A stretch of 7,011 bases of DNA, from the IMG/VR virus record IMGVR_UViG_2648501165_000013, positions 1 to 7,011 of that record; one strand, given 5' to 3'. Positions 5,707 through 7,011 of this stretch are shown here, piece after piece. The first letter of the stretch is position 1. Each line of letters opens with the position of its first letter. Position numbers and translations under genes: made by a program. The DNA is from a virus. Lineage: Duplodnaviria > Heunggongvirae > Uroviricota > Caudoviricetes. The notes below the pieces were generated by a model. It did not search any database, was not told where the DNA came from, and saw only the letters and a list, made by a program, of their open reading frames with translations.

Positions 5707-7011
5707 NNNNNNNNNNTCAACAAATTCTCCGCGAGAGGCAGCCAGTAATTTGTCTGTATCGACAGGATTTTTGGGCGGAATGTTTTTCCGGGCTTCATGG
5801 AGTTCTGCCCGCAGTTTCTGATATTTTTCATCAACAGAATTTACCTGTGACTGAGCATCCAGCGGCTGCGTGTCCTGATGATGTTCAGTTGCATCCGGTT
5901 CCACTGTTTCAGCCGTTGCCTGTTCATCTGCCATTGCGCAAGATGGTTGCAGTTTTTCTTCATCATCCTGTTTTTCTTCTTCTGTTACACGCTGCGGCAT
6001 CGGGGCAGAGGAACGACCGCAGGCAATATCCACGATTTCTGGATCAGGGTTGGCATGATCAGTTTCAGTCAGTACTTTGTTCAGATATTCAGTGACGTGC
6101 GCGGGGATGACCTCGATCCCAATTGGTGCTTCTTTCACGGACGCAACCACGATGGCGCGGGAATAATCCAGCCCGCCAGGCATGGTGATGAATTTGTCGC
6201 GGAAAACAGAAAAGGGCGGTTTATTTTCAGCGATAATTTCCTCAATGCGTTTAGCGTGTGCCGGATGAAGGTTATAGATGTCCACGTCCATTGAACGGGC
6301 CAGAATGCCAGTGGCTACGTCGCGGGCCAGCGACGCCTGATCATGAACGAAACCTTCGCCGCGATCGGTAAGGTTCCCGCCGCCTGCATTAGCACCGGAA
6401 TCTGTGCGAGTGATGCGTGAAACACGATTCCCTTTTCGCCATTCTTTTGTTAGAAGACCGCGATCAATGTGTTCGGTGTCCAGCCAGGCTGAAATGAAAT
6501 TCTTAAATTCATAGGGCTGATGTTTTTTCGTGATAGAGAAAACTGCCTTAATTGCATCAGTCAGGCGGAGCAGGGCGGCATTATCCAGAGTTGTCGGTTC
6601 TGCCATGCCGCGTATGGCCAACAGCAGATTCTGGACATAGCTGTTTTCCTGATCCATCTCAAGAGCAGTAATGTGTTTGCGTTGTTCACGGGTGGCATGA
6701 TGCAGGTATTTCCGATCCCCGGCCGCATACGTAAAAATGTGCAGAAGACGCTGTGTGAACCGCAAAGTGGCTACAGAGACTTCGCAATCCTGGCAATCCC
6801 CGTGGGCGTCTGCCTGCGCGTTTTCTTCCAGGCCTCCCGCCAGTTCTTTGGTTTCCTGAGCATTATCCTGGTGGTGAACGTCGTCTGGCGCTGCTCCCGG
6901 TTTTAGTTCCCAGGTCATGGAGTCTTTGCTGAGTTGATAGCGGTCACTCCAGGTAAAATCGATCTCACCTTCAGGGGGCAGGTCATTAACGACAGGAAAA
7001 TTCGTGGCAAC
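5701..7011 (-). CDS. recE: recE 5' portion (RecE N-terminal, non-nuclease region); start lies beyond the window end; frame stops at 5703-5701 just past the N run
   Basis: Minus-strand frame open from the window edge reads [43 protein letters not shown]...[42 protein letters not shown]...[11 protein letters not shown]. The conserved blocks match my recollection of K-12 RecE residues from about 60 onward; the stretch between them is a divergent allele. The frame is +1 relative to copy A, so it terminates right after the junction. Confidence 0.8.
   Translation of the reverse strand, partial: VATNFPVVNDLPPEGEIDFTWSDRYQLSKDSMTWELKPGAAPDDVHHQDNAQETKELAGGLEENAQADAHGDCQDCEVSVATLRFTQRLLHIFTYAAGDRKYLHHATREQRKHITALEMDQENSYVQNLLLAIRGMAEPTTLDNAALLRLTDAIKAVFSITKKHQPYEFKNFISAWLDTEHIDRGLLTKEWRKGNRVSRITRTDSGANAGGGNLTDRGEGFVHDQASLARDVATGILARSMDVDIYNLHPAHAKRIEEIIAENKPPFSVFRDKFITMPGGLDYSRAIVVASVKEAPIGIEVIPAHVTEYLNKVLTETDHANPDPEIVDIACGRSSAPMPQRVTEEEKQDDEEKLQPSCAMADEQATAETVEPDATEHHQDTQPLDAQSQVNSVDEKYQKLRAELHEARKNIPPKNPVDTDKLLAASRGEFVXXXXI
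5707..5716. other. Run of 10 N (gap or masked bases)
   Basis: Ten n characters exactly at the junction of the two ~792-bp copies. Confidence 1.
5717..6508. repeat. Direct repeat copy B (~792 bp) of recE coding sequence
   Basis: See copy A at 4915-5706. Confidence 0.95.

Noticed and set aside
4230-5834. Treating ORF 4230..5834 (534 aa) as one intact gene starting at Met 5834
   Set aside because: Its first ~40 codons (MMKNIRNCG...) are copy B recE sequence read out of frame, and it crosses three N runs. The RecE-like part has no start of its own, so it is annotated as a recE-derived fragment.
4593-6294. Plus-strand ORFs 4593..4946, 4744..5019, 5045..5293, 5076..5492, 5566..5748, 5847..6095 and 5878..6294, including identical pairs
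   Set aside because: All are antisense to recE coding sequence. The identical pairs simply reflect the ~792-bp repeat, not conserved genes.
4557-6508. Repeats considered as a CRISPR array or an insertion-sequence element
   Set aside because: The repeat units are 160-800 bp of protein-coding recE sequence, with no short spacer-repeat periodicity, no terminal inverted repeats and no transposase; they are gene-segment duplications or contig overlaps.
6520-6906. Plus-strand ORF (128 aa)
   Set aside because: Antisense to the recE 5' coding region, with no ribosome-binding site and no recognisable motif.
1-7011. A novel defence or toxin system hidden in the window
   Set aside because: Every ORF with coding character is accounted for by known prophage families (integrase, excisionase, Lar/RalR, RecT, RecE, Gam, Bet) or is a small unconserved-looking ORF. 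The unusual structure is better explained by mosaicism or assembly than by a new system. No tRNA, attachment site or RNA gene could be supported from sequence alone.

Overview
All credible coding sequence in this 7,011-bp window is on the minus strand and matches the integrase-proximal arm of a Rac-type lambdoid prophage of Escherichia coli: intR (1-1236), xisR/ydaQ (1238-1453), a small ORF at the ydaC position (1553-1712, 5' end lost in an N run), ralR (1736-1942, interrupted by an in-frame TGA), recT (1987-2796) and the nuclease-domain end of recE (2789-3798). Beyond that the recE region is not a simple gene. A 0.6-kb block (3809-4444) encodes a lambda Red Gam homologue, the first 47 codons of Bet and a small hydrophobic ORF, and it lies between recE-homologous sequences. 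Further on, recE-derived sequence occurs twice (about 792 bp, 4915-5706 vs 5717-6508) and a diverged ~160-bp module is repeated; the recE 5' portion runs off the window end. Five runs of exactly 10 N fall on or beside these breakpoints, so the most economical reading is a scaffold of overlapping contigs from two or more related recE- or Red-bearing prophages, not one contiguous novel locus. I could not support a new biological system. The ralR nonsense codon and the recE-like/Red junction are the items most worth checking against reads. All identifications rest on my recollection of K-12 Rac and lambda protein sequences; no database search was possible.
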